64,000 nucleotides of DNA from contig OZ281494.1 in the NCBI GenBank assembly GCA_965637545.1, positions 23,126,001-23,190,000 of the forward strand, written 5' to 3'. This document shows positions 34,701-55,776 of the stretch, one piece after another. This stretch comes from Phallusia mammillata. Its lineage: Eukaryota. The first letter of the stretch is position 1, and each line of letters opens with the position of its first letter. The notes under the pieces are model-generated. The model saw nothing but the letters and a program-made list of their open reading frames with translations. It was not told where the DNA came from and did not search any database. Made by a program: the position numbers and the translations under genes.

Positions 34701-35154
34701 GCCTTCAAATATTAAAGCATGATTTGTTGCTGTTTTACAATGTATTTACCTGTTAAGGTTCAACCAATTAAAACCTTTCACCTTTAAAGCCCAACATAAT
34801 GTATGGTACTTGTCCAATAGGTCACCATAATAAACACAACTACATATTTTTTTATATTTTTCAGATTCTCACCAATGTGTACCATCCTTGACAAGTTTTG
34901 CTCCAAAAAATCTCACTCTTTAACTAATGTTATAATTTACTGATGTTGGCTATGGTACCGAACAGGTCAACATTGTATTGTGTAGACCAGTCGCCTGCTG
35001 AAGTAACAACATTTGTTTTAAAGTGTGTTTTAAATTTATTTTGTGCATAATTTTTAGAACTATATCACTGTTTTGTGCTTAGCCAATGTTTCCAGATATT
35101 CTAAACTCTGTTTCATTTTTCAATTTACTGTGTAACATGGCTTAAAAAAATAAA
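31760..35154 (+). ncRNA. Putative spliced lncRNA / small-ORF transcript with two alternative first exons
   Basis: CpG-rich promoter blocks (CCAAT, YY1, ETS, E2F, TATA); consensus donors GTAAGT at 32021 and 34051; strong acceptor ttttcag at 34864; AATAAA 35149; no long ORF. Confidence 0.35.
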
Positions 35155-38100
35155 AGCCTCTTTCAAATTCAACCAGCTAATTGTATTTGCCAGCCCATTT
35201 TAGCTATCAAAAGAAATTACCTTTACACACGTTGACTCCAGCCTTTGTAACATTTCCGCCTAATGGGTGTACCACAATAGCCCCTGGTTACCATCACTGT
35301 ACTTCTATTGAATGATTTAAATACAAAAGGTTTTCAGGAGCTCCGAATAACTGCTTCATTTGTTCTGAATTAATTAATTGCTGGCAGGTGGCATAAACTG
35401 CTATTTAAGATCACAAAAAACAAGTATAACATTAATGTTTTTATTTGATTTTTTTACCAAATGTGCCCTAAATAAACTTACCTGAAACAAGTGCTACAAT
35501 GAAATGTATACAATTGTGATTGAGCATTCCAGTATGAAAAAATTATGCTCAAAATTAACATGTGTATCACATTAAATGCAACAAACATATAGTTTTCAAA
35601 TTTACCTGCAAAGTACCATATATTTGTTAGCAGAATAAATTTGCAAGGATTGAGAATATATTCCAATTTAGCTCAGATAAATTGTCTAGAGCTTGGCTTC
35701 TCGATTTTATAAAACAAAAAAGTCAACTGCAATTGGTATAGTTACAGTCAATGTAATCTTCCTACAGTAGGCAACAGCAACACACGTTAAGTTTAGTGGA
35801 TTTTTGTGGTCAAATAATTGATTTGGTTCGCTGGCTTGATAACAAATTAATATGTTCATAACGTTGAAGTTTAAAGTTGTCAAATTTATTGAAGAGCAAT
35901 CTGTGACATTTTTGGTGAACTATAGCATTATTTACACACTTAATTAGTTTGTAGCGAGTTGCTTAAAAGTCCCAAAATGGGCCGGAAATTAGGTTCGGCC
36001 ACAAAATACGACTTCGACGTAACAAAACACCATTGAGATTTTGTATGCTTCCCCACGAATCAGTCCCAATTTCTTCACTGAATGTAACTAGCAGAAAATA
36101 AGCGTTTTGTGGCTCTTTCTACCGCAACGAAAAATTAACGGATGAGCGACAGTGTAGAATTCCGAAGAGTTAAAAGCGTGACGGGCTACTTAGTCAAGCT
36201 GGTAAACGCCCAAAGCAAACTGCTGGTGCAACGCCTCTGCTGAGCTTGCCTAGGCCCTTAATATTTGGTATATCTCAGTTTGACTCGGACTAAGTTTACC
36301 CAGTGACGTTTGGATAAATATTTAACCCATCTTCTTTGTGTTTGATTTCATAAATCAAAGATGAACATATGGTTCATTCATGTGGAATAAAAATCATCAA
36401 AATATTGCTTATGGATTCTACATTGAATATGCATTTTTGTACATGGATTATTTTGTATGCTATAACAAACATAGTGTACATGTTAAATAAAGACGATGCA
36501 TCTTCATCAATGCAAGTTTTGATTTACGATTTCTGACCCAAATCCAGAAAGAAAAATTGCAAAAAGGAGGCCCCTTATAAAAGCGGGTGCTTCTCGGCCA
36601 GTTTAAAAAAGAAAAATGCATTGTTGGCTTCGGTAAATAAGAATGATTATTTAATACCTAACTGAGATTCCAAGCGATGCAATGGAACAAAGTCAGGATA
36701 AATTTTGTGAATCGCGTAAACCCTAGCTATCCCGGTACTTGTGAGCCTGTAAAATAACTATTTGCAAAATAAAGCATACATTACGCAGTTTCAAGATCTT
36801 GACGTTGCACGCTACATCAGACGAATTTTCATCTACCTTTATTTCCTTTCTTGCATTGACATTTAAATGGTTATAAACCAGTCAGTTTCCCACTAGATTT
36901 TTTCGTGGGTCTACCGAGAGCTCATGGCTCAATCTCCTTTGTGTGAACAAACTCAACAACCGAATCAGTGGGTAAAATAAATCCTGAATGTTATAGTGGA
37001 AATGTATTAGGTTTAACATGATTTCAGCTTGTTCCGTGCTAGTCGGTAAAAAATACAAAACAATCATTGTGTAAATCAAAATGTTGGGAAAGCACTGACC
37101 TGGACTTGCAAAATAGTCGATGTGGCCTACATGAGTTTTGATGAAACGTTGGGTGGCCTTTATCAATCGAAACGTTCCCCATCCAGCACTAAACTTAGAA
37201 GCAGTCTGGAAACAACAACCTCATGTGTATCTCTGCTGCCACCACATGGAAACAACCAAACAAAATTTTTACTTTAAAAGGTATTTGACAAATTGCTCAC
37301 CTGGTCAATTTTTTTAATTTTTTTTTTAAAGTGTTTATTTTAAACAAATATTTGTGAAAAACAATTGAATTAACTCATCTTGAAGAGGTTATATTTTACT
37401 ACAATGTACAACAAATATTAGGATACATAAAAAAATGTTGTAGCAGTACAAAGAAAAGCAGTTACATTTTAAATGTTTTGGAAACATATTTAAAGCTTTT
37501 TTCAGTGCTACACAAAAAAGATAATTTCTGTTACGTAAATTGTCTGTTTCGTTTTCTACGTACATTGAGTGTCCCATTTAATGCCGCCATCAGCACCCAA
37601 ATTCCGCTACTGCAATCTGATGTCCGCACACACCACCACTGATAAGAAACAAGACTCGTAAGCTGTTTAATAGTTAACTTGTTTAAAAACACTGCTCAAG
37701 GAAAGGTTTTCACAAGTCACCACAGCAAATGGTCAGCGAAATTAACGATTTAAATTGATCTTGTTTTGTAAGCGTTTATATATTAAGGTGGAACCAAATA
37801 GTAGGTTGTTGGGCAGCCAAGTTAAATTGCAGATCGCCTCCCTTCGAGGTTATTTAGAAATCAAAAAGCGTGCGCTTGTTTGTGCGTTTTGCTATGTCGT
37901 GTGTCGTTTAAAAAGCTGCAGACACGTGGCAAATGTAACCGTTTATCGAGTAGAGAATATATATTTTGACCACTTGAACTTCTAAGTAAAATTATCACGC
38001 ATTTCTTTGATATTCATCTTATTCTTTTTTGACAAAGAAGAAAATACCACAGCGGTTGCAATTGAGTGGATGTTTACTTCATCTTTAGAATTGTATTTTT

Positions 38101-38210
38101 TCCGCGTAAATTTAAAGCACATGCTGATTTTGTAAACGACTGACCTCTCGCATGTTGATTTGTTTGCGTTGAATTTTATGTATAATGTATTATGTTTTAG
38201 TAGAGAAGTT

Positions 38211-46121
<7,911 letters not shown>

Positions 46122-46698
46122 TCAGCCATATGGAAAACATGTTCTGTTTAATTAATTGTCATGTTTCTTGTAATTGTCTGTCGTTGTTGTGTTTGTTGGC
46201 GAATGAAGTTTTTTTAAATCACGTTGTGTTGCCGTATACAATTTGGAATATCAAAGAAGATCACAATAGCCGTTAAATGAAGGTTGTAACACAAAAGTAA
46301 GATTTTAAAAACGGAATGCGTACCTGAGGTCAAATTGGAAACGCCCGTTTATGCCTAGGAACAACAGTTTTTGTGAAAGAAAGAAGTGAAAACATTCGTT
46401 TCTCCCATAATTACGTTCATTTTTCTCTTTCGGAAAAGGTTGTGCTACCTCTTAGCCGGATTGCCATGATTTGTTGACCGAAAAAGGGTACGATCAGGAA
46501 CAGTTAGTGATTTTTCTCTTTTTACCAAAACAGTTTTTAAAATAACTTAACTACTTCATTGTGCTATTGGATAAGGTGGATAAGAGTTTTTTTGTTATTT
46601 TATGAACTATTGGATAAGAGGTGCAAAACCTTTTCGCATTTGTCAGCATCAGACTTTCGCTCCCTTTTTTCATGGATTACACACATTGTACCTACAAG

Positions 46699-46959
46699 CA
46701 TGGGCGCCGCCACGTAGGGGCAAGAGGGGGCACTTGCCCCCCCCCTTGGAATTTTAGTGTACCTCAATTTAACATATTTAGCAGCAAACCTAATTAAATT
46801 GGCAGCGCGGGGATTTGTGACATCGTTCAATGCTTTAACTTTTAGTCAACTCAATTGTGAAGTACACGATTTATGGCTTCATATGTAACAAATTCTTGAT
46901 GCGGTAAACTATCAGCCAAAATTTGCCCCCTCTTGCAAAATTTTCTGCCGGCGCCCATG
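46699..46959. mobile_element. hAT (Tip100-like) MITE, intergenic
   Basis: 11 bp TIRs CATGGGCGCCG / CGGCGCCCATG; perfect 8 bp TSD CCTACAAG; GGGGGCA/TTGCCCCC subterminal motifs. Confidence 0.9.
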
Positions 46960-47306
46960 CCTACAAGGGTCGAATAGCTGGACGTATGTGGCTCGTAATA
47001 TACTTTTCCATCTAGAAGTCAAAGTAATGAAAACTCTAGAAGCCAAAACGTAGAAAAAGAGCTTTTACTAAACGCCTTTTAATATTCTATGCTTGTACTA
47101 TATCTGCATACATCTGTAAAATAATTATTTTTATTGTGTGCTGATATAGTTTTGGTTAAAGTACCGTTGGTGTTTACAGACCCGCGAAGAATAAATCGGA
47201 ACTGCAATTTCATTTTGTGGAATAAATTGGGTTAATTTGCTGTGCAGTTTGAAATTTGTGCTTAAAATCGTTTCATTTGTCAGATTTCAACCAAACTTTA
47301 CAAACT

Positions 47307-50300
47307 ATGAGCGGAAAAAACAAGGCTAGTGACCCCCAGCATCAATCAGCCAGCAGGAAATCAGTTTTTGGTAACTTGTTTTATGGTATATTACGTACAT
47401 TTTCGCATGACGTTATCATATGACCTCAACTGTGTTGCGACGTAAATTCATGATTTTGTGACGCCATTTACATATGTGCGTACGATTGTTTACCAGACCC
47501 AAAATGAAATGTGAAACCTATTATCTAGTTCTACATAGTATATATACACAAAGTACAAACACCCAAAAGAAAAGTGATGGTATTATAAATTATATTGCGT
47601 AAACAATTTAAACTTGTTTACAATATTTCTTCATAAATTTAGTTTTTCTTCTAAGAGTTTATGTATGATTTTTATGAATTTCCATTCAGTGTTTCGGCAT
47701 TGGAAATGTTTGCTTGAACTCTGCTGGTTAAGGTTTTCTTTGTTGTTGAAACTTGAAACTATCCAAGGTCTCCCTGGCAAAATCGTTCTCCTAAATCTTG
47801 GATTTGATTTGATTAAAAACCCTAGAAATATGGCTACAAAGTCAAAAATAGTTAAAAATGGATAAACAGAAAGACTGTTGACTAATAAGTGTTGTTATAG
47901 GATCTGCAAAAAGATCTGTTATGATGTCAAAGATGACGCCTTTCACAACTGTTCGACGTAGACATGTAATGACAGCACAAAGGGTTGCAAGAAGAAAAAG
48001 CCAAATAAAACAACAGCCTGAAAAAGTGGATACAACATTAAATGGTTGCCGTTTGGTTTATTGATTTTACTATTCATGCTGGGTTTTTTCTCATATCTGC
48101 TGTTATGCACCAACACAGTGTGATATATATAACGTAGCCTTAAGGCAGGGGCGGGCAACATACGACGGGATTTTGAGCGGCCCGCAGACAGTTTCAGGCT
48201 TACATGATAATGTAGCCCGCAGCCACAGTCTGCCGCAATCCCCCACTACTTGCTTACTGCATCAAATTATAGTTGTAACCGACAGTAACGCTCCCCAATA
48301 GAAAAAAAAACTTGCCCGTCATTGTTACCATTGCACCCTATGTCCATTGTTACAACATAACTGCCAACCATGAATGTGACCTGCTTTCACGGTTTCCTTT
48401 GTTTCCACATGTGTAGCCTAGTTAGTGTTTCAGCAGTATCTAAGTCTGTGGTGTATGCATTAAATTTGCTGTGGTGAATAATTTTATGTTATATCAGTTA
48501 GATTGTTTGGAGTGGACTGTATTGTATTTGTGATGTTCTTGAATGTATTTGGTTTAGGTGGTCAAAAATCCGTTTTAAATCACTGGATAAATACGCGATT
48601 AATGTATCGATTCAGGAATCTGGCCCGCCAAGTACTTATTTTCCCATATCAGGCCCGCCGACTGGAGAAGTTGCCCGCCCCTGCCTTAAGGCATGAAGTA
48701 TGAGTCAAAAAAAGTTGGCCTACCCAAATATTCAGTGGATATGGACATTGTTTGTTTTTTTAAAAGCAAAAAGTTTATGGGTGTATGTTTAATTTAACAG
48801 ATATTGTCAATAAAACATGGCATGTGTTTTGCTGTTCACCACTGCACAAATTTAACAGCAACCCAAAATCGTTGCAACAACTGTCACGACTGCTATCATC
48901 TGTGCTTGCTGTTGAAACCTCCAGGGTTGGGGGAATTGCTACCAGTGAGGAAATTGGAACTAAAGCAATTTTTTCAATTGCCCAGGGTATTGCAATTACT
49001 GAAGGTTAGTGATTGAAAACTTTGACTTTCAGACATTAGAGATTTGCGAGACACCCTAATTGGTAACAGCACAGGCAAATTTGGATTCATGGTGGCTTCA
49101 TATATATTATAGATGATCAACCTGCCATCAAAATCACAGTAAACACTAAGGACAGAAATAATGTTGCCGAAATGTTGCTTTGCTCCCTGGCAAGTGGAGA
49201 TCTAATTGGGGATGCTAGCAACAACAGTTGTACTGACCTGAAGGAAAAATTTACAGTGCTGCCTCTGATTCTCTACAAAGGAAACCAATCAACAAAAAAT
49301 GTTATGTTTAATTGGTTAAAGGTACAAAACACACAATGAAATCTGGTAATATGTCTATTATTTACAAGTTAGTATTTGGATGCATCCAACTTGTAAGATA
49401 TTGTATGATTTTTTTGAAAAAAAAGGGTTTTGTTAAATTCCACTTACTACATTTCCTTGGTTTAATTTTGTTTCTTGCAGACTGAATTTGACTGCATAAT
49501 AACCAAGGTTACATTTAACTCTCTGTCACTTGCATGGATGTTGGGTATGTGGTCTTGCATGACTGATAGTGAAGAGGCATGCAAACCAATCAGTATAACA
49601 TGGAAAATTCCTATTCAACACACAGGTTTGGATTGCATTGAATCCAAATTTGAACCAAGTTCAATTGAAACACTCTGGAATGCGTAAGTTGTGTTTAAAC
49701 TTGAATTGTTTTGCTTTAAGCAGTTAGAAATTCATATGAGTGTTGAGTTAAAGATTTTATGCAGAATATGACAAGTATGGAAAATGTGTAGAATTCGATA
49801 TCTGTAGAGAATGATGATGAGTGTCTTCTGTTTAATTTAATCTTTTTTACAGATGCCACAAAGGTTCAGATGACATTGTTTTAGTAGAAGAAGTTCAAAG
49901 CCTAATCAATGGTTTACAAGAACATCTTCTTCGACACTTTTGCATTAAGTTTCAAGTAGGCTTTTTAATCACTTTTTTGACATGAAATTCATACCTCAAA
50001 ACACAACTATTTTGAATTGTATTACCGCACCCCTTTGCTTCGATGGTTGTTCATTTTAGGCCTTCATAGCATGTTATTTTTAGAGATTGGATGAAACGCT
50101 TTCTTTCAATACAACTTTTTAGTAGTGGCAACAAAGGTTTTTATTTATATGTGATTAATTTCAGGCCCTTCCATTGCAACAAGTGTGCTTTACAATTGCC
50201 AACATTCATGCAGATGGAAAAATTAAGGTGATTTCCTAAAAATATGTATTGTTCTATGGTAAAAAATTTATGTGATAAAATGCTAATCATACATTTTTGG

Positions 50301-50467
50301 GTATATTCACTACTGTAATGTTTCTAATCAACACACTGATTTTATTACAAATATATTTTTAGATTTTATCACCGGAGCATGTTCACACTGTTTTATGTCA
50401 TATGAATAACCTTGCCCTTGAACTCTTGGACTGGCGGGTTGAAAAAAGTGATGAACAATCTATGTAG
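47307..50467 (+). CDS. CENPL: Centromere protein L
   Basis: Spliced product contains NKTWHVFCCSPLHKF..QLSRLLSS, FTVLPLILYKG..NWLKTEFDC..SLAWMLGMW, LWNA..EEVQSLINGLQEHLLRHF, HADGKIKIL, colinear with vertebrate CENP-L motifs; the first two exons (47307-47370, 47901-48044) are less certain. Confidence 0.87.
48146..48683. mobile_element. hAT (Charlie-like) MITE in a CENP-L intron
   Basis: Perfect 14 bp TIRs CAGGGGCGGGCAAC / GTTGCCCGCCCCTG; perfect palindromic TSD CCTTAAGG; repeated GGCCCGC motifs. Confidence 0.93.
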
Positions 50468-50873
50468 CGTTTTTCCTGTTTGATTAAAAATTTTCTTTTT
50501 TTGTCCTTGTTTTCACCAAGAGTTTTACCTGAAAACACTTTTCTTTCAAAATGCTCTGTTTTTTATTACCAATGGCTGGTTTTGTTCTTTTAAATTAAAT
50601 CTTATGCATGACAAACCAACCACACTTGTCTGTATGTTGGGATCTAAACGTATTTGGTCCTCAACTTTTATAGGACATCTGTATTACATGTGTTCTTTCA
50701 TTTATTTTTATTTTTGATATGCCACCACTGAATGAGTTAAAAACTATTTGTGTTATCATTGGAATGTGTTTTTATTTCTTTAGTCAATTAGTTCAAAATA
50801 TAACAATGCAAATATGTCTTTTTGTAACCTTTGACAACAAAAACACCCATCAACATAAATTGCATAAAAAATG

Positions 50874-53800
50874 TCATTTCCATTGACCAAGTTTTATTCC
50901 CTTGAACAGCGGCTTTTGTAGACTGACTTGAGCGACGTAGGCTATCTCATCCCATGTGTTGCTACTTTCACACACATTGTTGTTGGGATTAGCTGGATCC
51001 ACCACAACTGGTCTGCATTACATTTATTTCTCATTTTATATTTTTAGTGCAAAAAAAATAAAAAGCAGAATATGACTTGCTTTAGTTGTTAGTAACAGCA
51101 TTTTGAAAATGGCTTAGATTTTTGTATGCTCACCCGAATTCAGCAACTTTTTTAATGTTACGTTTTTGGTCGAACAAGAATATCAACTTGTGAATCAAAA
51201 CAAATCAAGCACAGCTTTACCGTGGACTTTGTAGAACCCGTTGCAGCAGGTGATTTTTGCGTGTGTAATTTTCTGTCCATGCAACACAAAGATTCTCATA
51301 ATCCACCAACGTTTGTAGAACGGCAGCGAGGCCATGTCGAAGCTGTTTATAAGAGTTAGCAGTTTCAGATTTGCAAGAAATGTCGTAAAGCATGTATAAA
51401 CCGTACAAAAATTTTGAGATACCTTCTCATGCATTTACTTTTCCAAAAGGCGATTTTGCTTTAACGATCGGATTTTTACGCTTTGGAACGTGAAGTGCGA
51501 CTTACTTTAAAATAAATTGGCTTTCCCGCTTTCTCCCATGTGTGAATGACAATCAGCTCTAAGGTATAAGAGTTTGGTAAACGTCGGTGCCTGAAAAAGA
51601 GGCGTTTAGCAATAAAACTAAATCGCGCCTACGAAAGTCGCACGATTGTGTCTTGTAAGCCACGTGGTTTGGATTTTCTCTTTTCCTACAAAAATAGGTT
51701 TAGCGGCATTGCAAGCTACTGTAATGAAATCCTTATGATCGACCGACTGAGTCACTTTAGAATTCAGTTTAAAACAATGACATATTTCCACATTGAGGTG
51801 TTGTTGGTCCATTTTTCTATATTGAGATGTTGTGGGTTATTTCACTGGAAGAGTAGACTACATTATTTCGTCTTCTCTTTCAACATTATTTTGCACTGAC
51901 GGTCGGATTCGAAGTAAACACCGTAATATTATGGTCACTCTCCTACCAGTTAAGCTACATATTATGCCAAGGGATGCAGTGACAAATTTGGTGAAGCTAA
52001 CAAGTGACGTATTTCCCCCATTATAAAAAATGGGGTAGGCTACTTGTTGAGTGACGTTGCATCACCAAAAGACGTCATCCTCCAGTGTTTGACGAGTCGA
52101 ATCAGCTGACGTAACTTGGTGGACCGTCTCCTCACAAAGTCGATTTGCAACTGAAGCAAGCTGGAATTAAGCAGTTGTATTTCCAAAGGATTTTTGCTGT
52201 TAGCAATCATTTCGTACACTTCTTTTTTGTCGCCTTAAAACGAATAGTTTGTTTGTTACATGTTTATTCGTTGTGGACGAGAAACGACGAAAAGCCTTCT
52301 ATTTGCAATGAATCCGCCTTCAAGCTGCCTGTTCTATTCATAACTCGTTTAATCGTTATTTTTAACCAACTAAGTCGGTGACTTCAATTTAGTTTAGCCC
52401 TTTCTAGGTGGGCGAATACCGCTGAAGTTTCTTTCTCTACATAGTGAACACAAGTTACTACAATTTTGTTTCCGTATTGGAAATAATTTCAACAAACATG
52501 TATTCAGTCAGCGTGATAAAGTACAGATAAGGTAGCATTGCAAACGCGCATGTTTGACGTATAAATCTTTCTTTTTCCAAAAACACTACTTACCCATACT
52601 CGGTGCAGAACCAAGCCAATCGTGACTCGGCATCAAATCGACGTGATGAATATGATCGTCCTTGTAGCACTTATACTGAAACCTCAGCGAGTGCTTTGTG
52701 AGTTTACTGATAAGAATGCGAGTTGCTAGGGGCGACGACTGAATATGTAGTTTGACTTCATTTAGGCAGGTACGAAGTTGCGAGTCGAGGTACTTGTGCG
52801 CCCCTAGCGACAGGAAATTTGGAATGAACATAACCATGTCAAGATCAGAGTGACCTTGAAGACACGTGTCTTTGCCGTAGGATCCGCCCTGTCACAAATA
52901 TCCCATTAAAGTAACACTTTTTTTAAACTGGGAAAAAATCAGTTTTTTTTAAATGCCTTTGACATTTTTTTGAACAATAGGTAGCCTAAAATTGTTTTTA
53001 AACCCTGTGAGGTGGCATTTTTTGTAAACTTATGCTTTCGCCATCTAAAGTAAATTTCAATGACCAGCATTTTTTAGCGATGACCATTCTTACCCGTATA
53101 ACATGAGAAACTTGAAAAGGCAATTGCTCGAGAAGAAAGTCCACTAGGATGTTTACTTCATTGTTGCATTCCAAACTACACGAGAGTGGCGGAATCAACT
53201 CGTGACGTACGTAATCGTCGACGTAACCAGGTCCGAGGTGTTCTAGTATGTTCCAATCGTGTAGACGCAAGGCAAGAGATCCTGCAAAAACGAAAAACAC
53301 GGAAACGAAAGTGAGAATGATTTTGCAGGTTATCCACGCATTCGCAGCATGGGGACGATGAAAGCTGTTTTCTCCATGTTTAACTGATTAATAAAACAAT
53401 CAAAAAAAATGAATTCGGCTTTACCCTTGGTTTGTGTAGTGAATCGGTGCTGTTCTCGCTCGTGTTGCTCCCTTCCGTGCACGCCCCCTAGTGTTTTACC
53501 GCACAATCGGCACTTGGTAGCGGCACCTGATGCAACAAAGCGAGACAATCGTGGTTTAGAAACTTCCCAGAAGCTGTCTTCCTCGACATTTTCAATTGGA
53601 CGAAGCATTTTCGAAGCTTTTGGTGCGGGAGGTTTGAAAAGATCAGGCAAGTGTTCTACCGGTGAATGCTCTGTGCTGATATGTTCCTGTAAAAAATGCA
53701 TGTAAAAAATGGTATTGTATCTTTAATCTTATCTGATTTAAGTAAACTTCTTTAAACAATCAAGCCTAAAGTTCGTACTTACAAGCTTGCAGTCCAATAA

Positions 53801-54090
53801 ACATAATTATTCCAAAAAATCGGAAGCTTTATATAGCCGCTTTTACTATATGTTACAATGCTATCAATCTGTTACGTGCTTGGTAAAATGTTAGGTTCCA
53901 TTCCACCTGGGTATGGTCCCACTTAGTATATGATTTCAGTTCAAAAATGTTAAAGTACTTTCATTTTTCTTGCAAATATCTCGTTTCCACACTTGTCACA
54001 AACACTTCTGTCGAAATGACGGCGTCGCATATGCATCGTCACGCCGGAATGACTCCCGAAGTATTTTCCACACCTGTTGCATGGATACAT
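50874..54090 (-). CDS. OAS: 2'-5'-oligoadenylate synthetase with three N-terminal C2H2 zinc fingers
   Basis: Exons 54090-53959, 53686-53425, 53281-53094, 52888-52594, 52233-~52044, 51590-51506, 51342-51221, 51012-50874; fingers CNRC..HMRRRH, CDKC..HISTEH, CRLC..HEREQH; OAS motifs GGSYGKDT, SDLDMV, VDLMP, LQIDFVRRRSTKLRQLIRLVKHW, LPNSYTLELI..WE, RPVVVDPANPNNNV. Confidence 0.9.
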
Positions 54091-55776
54091 CCTTCTACTT
54101 TCAGCAATCCTAACAATTTGAATAGTTGTGTCTCTAAAAGACACATTTCAACAATGAAAACATTTTAAGTTTCATGTCAATAGACTTATATGCAACTATT
54201 TGTCACTAGACTGATTATGATACTATCTTCCTAAACGTCAAATAACAAGCTTTCCATTAGCAAAGAAGTTTATGCAACGGGTAGACCAATTTCCTGTTGC
54301 TTGATTACTACAAGGTGGCCTGAAAACAAGGTCGTCTCCGCTGCGCTAACAACCACTCGTGTAAGCTCCGCATTGCTGAGTACTAGATTGATGTCGAATA
54401 CGTGTGATTTCGGGTTGTTTTTAAAGCGATGTCATTCCATTGTTTTCTTTTGACGATTGATTTGAAATTTGACCCAATGAGGTCTTTTCAACAGCGAAAT
54501 GACAATTTAAGGGCGGGGAATCAAATGTCGCTGTTTAATTTTCGACCATACATTCTTATCCAGGATGCGTAGGGGAACCCCCTGTACCTAAATTATTGAA
54601 ATTTTGTATTTTATTGTATTAATTTTGAAACCGTGCATGAAAATGGTACATATCAGTAAACGGCTGCAAAAACCGGGAAACGAATTTGAAAAAAAACTTT
54701 TCTAGCTAAAATATTTAAATAAACAGATAAAAACTGAATGTTTGGTTGCCCTAGATTTCTTAATAATTGTGCTTTTTAGTAGAAAGCGTATAGTATAAAC
54801 TTTTACATGTCTTGTGGTATTACTCGAGTTTTTCTGACTTGCTAAAACTACGCTGTTAAAATCCAAACCTTGCAAACGCATACAGCACTAAGCATAACGA
54901 GTAAATTTTGATATCAACGATTTCTTTTTAAACGTGTTTCACCCAAGGGTGCACAAACGCGACGAATTTTAAGGTTATTTTGGTTTACAATTTATAAAAG
55001 GAGCATGTTATTGTTCAAGCGCGACAGCATGTATCCAATAAGCTTAATAAGGTATTAAAAATTGTCAAGTGTCAAGTGACCTACAATGCACAGTCAAAAC
55101 ATAACTGATAATAACACTAAAACATGCATAGTGGAGCCTGCACTTGGATTAAAGTTTCGAAATGCGCAAACTCGCATCAAAAACAATAATAACTTTCGAC
55201 TTTGTGAGTTTATATTTGCATGTTGTTAAACCTAACGAATGGCAATATTCTTAGCAACGACGTTACAATGTCATTTTGAGGTCACATTTATTGTGGTAAA
55301 TAATACTGGTAATACGTAAGGTTAAGAAAAACAGGAGGAAACGCAAGTATTAAAACTATTACAGAACGTAATGTTCTAATATTATACATATTTACCCCAG
55401 TCATAGTACCACTGGTATTGGTACTGTACCAGTCCAACTTATCGAACTTCTCCTCTAAACGATACCATTAGGTAAATTCGGTAGATTGGGTTAAATGCGC
55501 TGCAGCAACAAGGTCATTAAAAAGCGAAGAGTGGCCGCTTTATGACGTGTTTACAGAATAGTAGAAGCTCAGGAGTATTGAGCTCAAGAGAGTTATGTGA
55601 CATTGGTCAAGCATAGTGATGCCAGTTAAGTGGAACCAATTCAAAGATGCTCTTTCGCCTACCAAACAGAAAACAGAAACTAACAATAGTCAAAATTGAC
55701 ATTGCGCATTCCATATAACTTACTCAGCATAAACATAAAAAATACAAACATGATTTTTGGGGAAAAAAGTTACGAA

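Noticed and set aside
35668-35705. U7 snRNA candidate (AAATTGTCTAG resembling the U7 Sm site, ~10 kb from LSM11)
   Set aside because: The site is imperfect and buried in a local AGCTC/GAGCT hairpin, and there is no strong 3' stem-loop.
32426-36215. Partial miR-133 and miR-33 look-alikes (32426, 32866, 35168, 36197)
   Set aside because: Incomplete matches or missing seeds, and no pre-miRNA stems.
47614-47865. 83-aa ORF with an acceptor inside the CENP-L locus
   Set aside because: It ends in a stop, has no donor and shows no CENP-L similarity; the exon at 47901 fits better.
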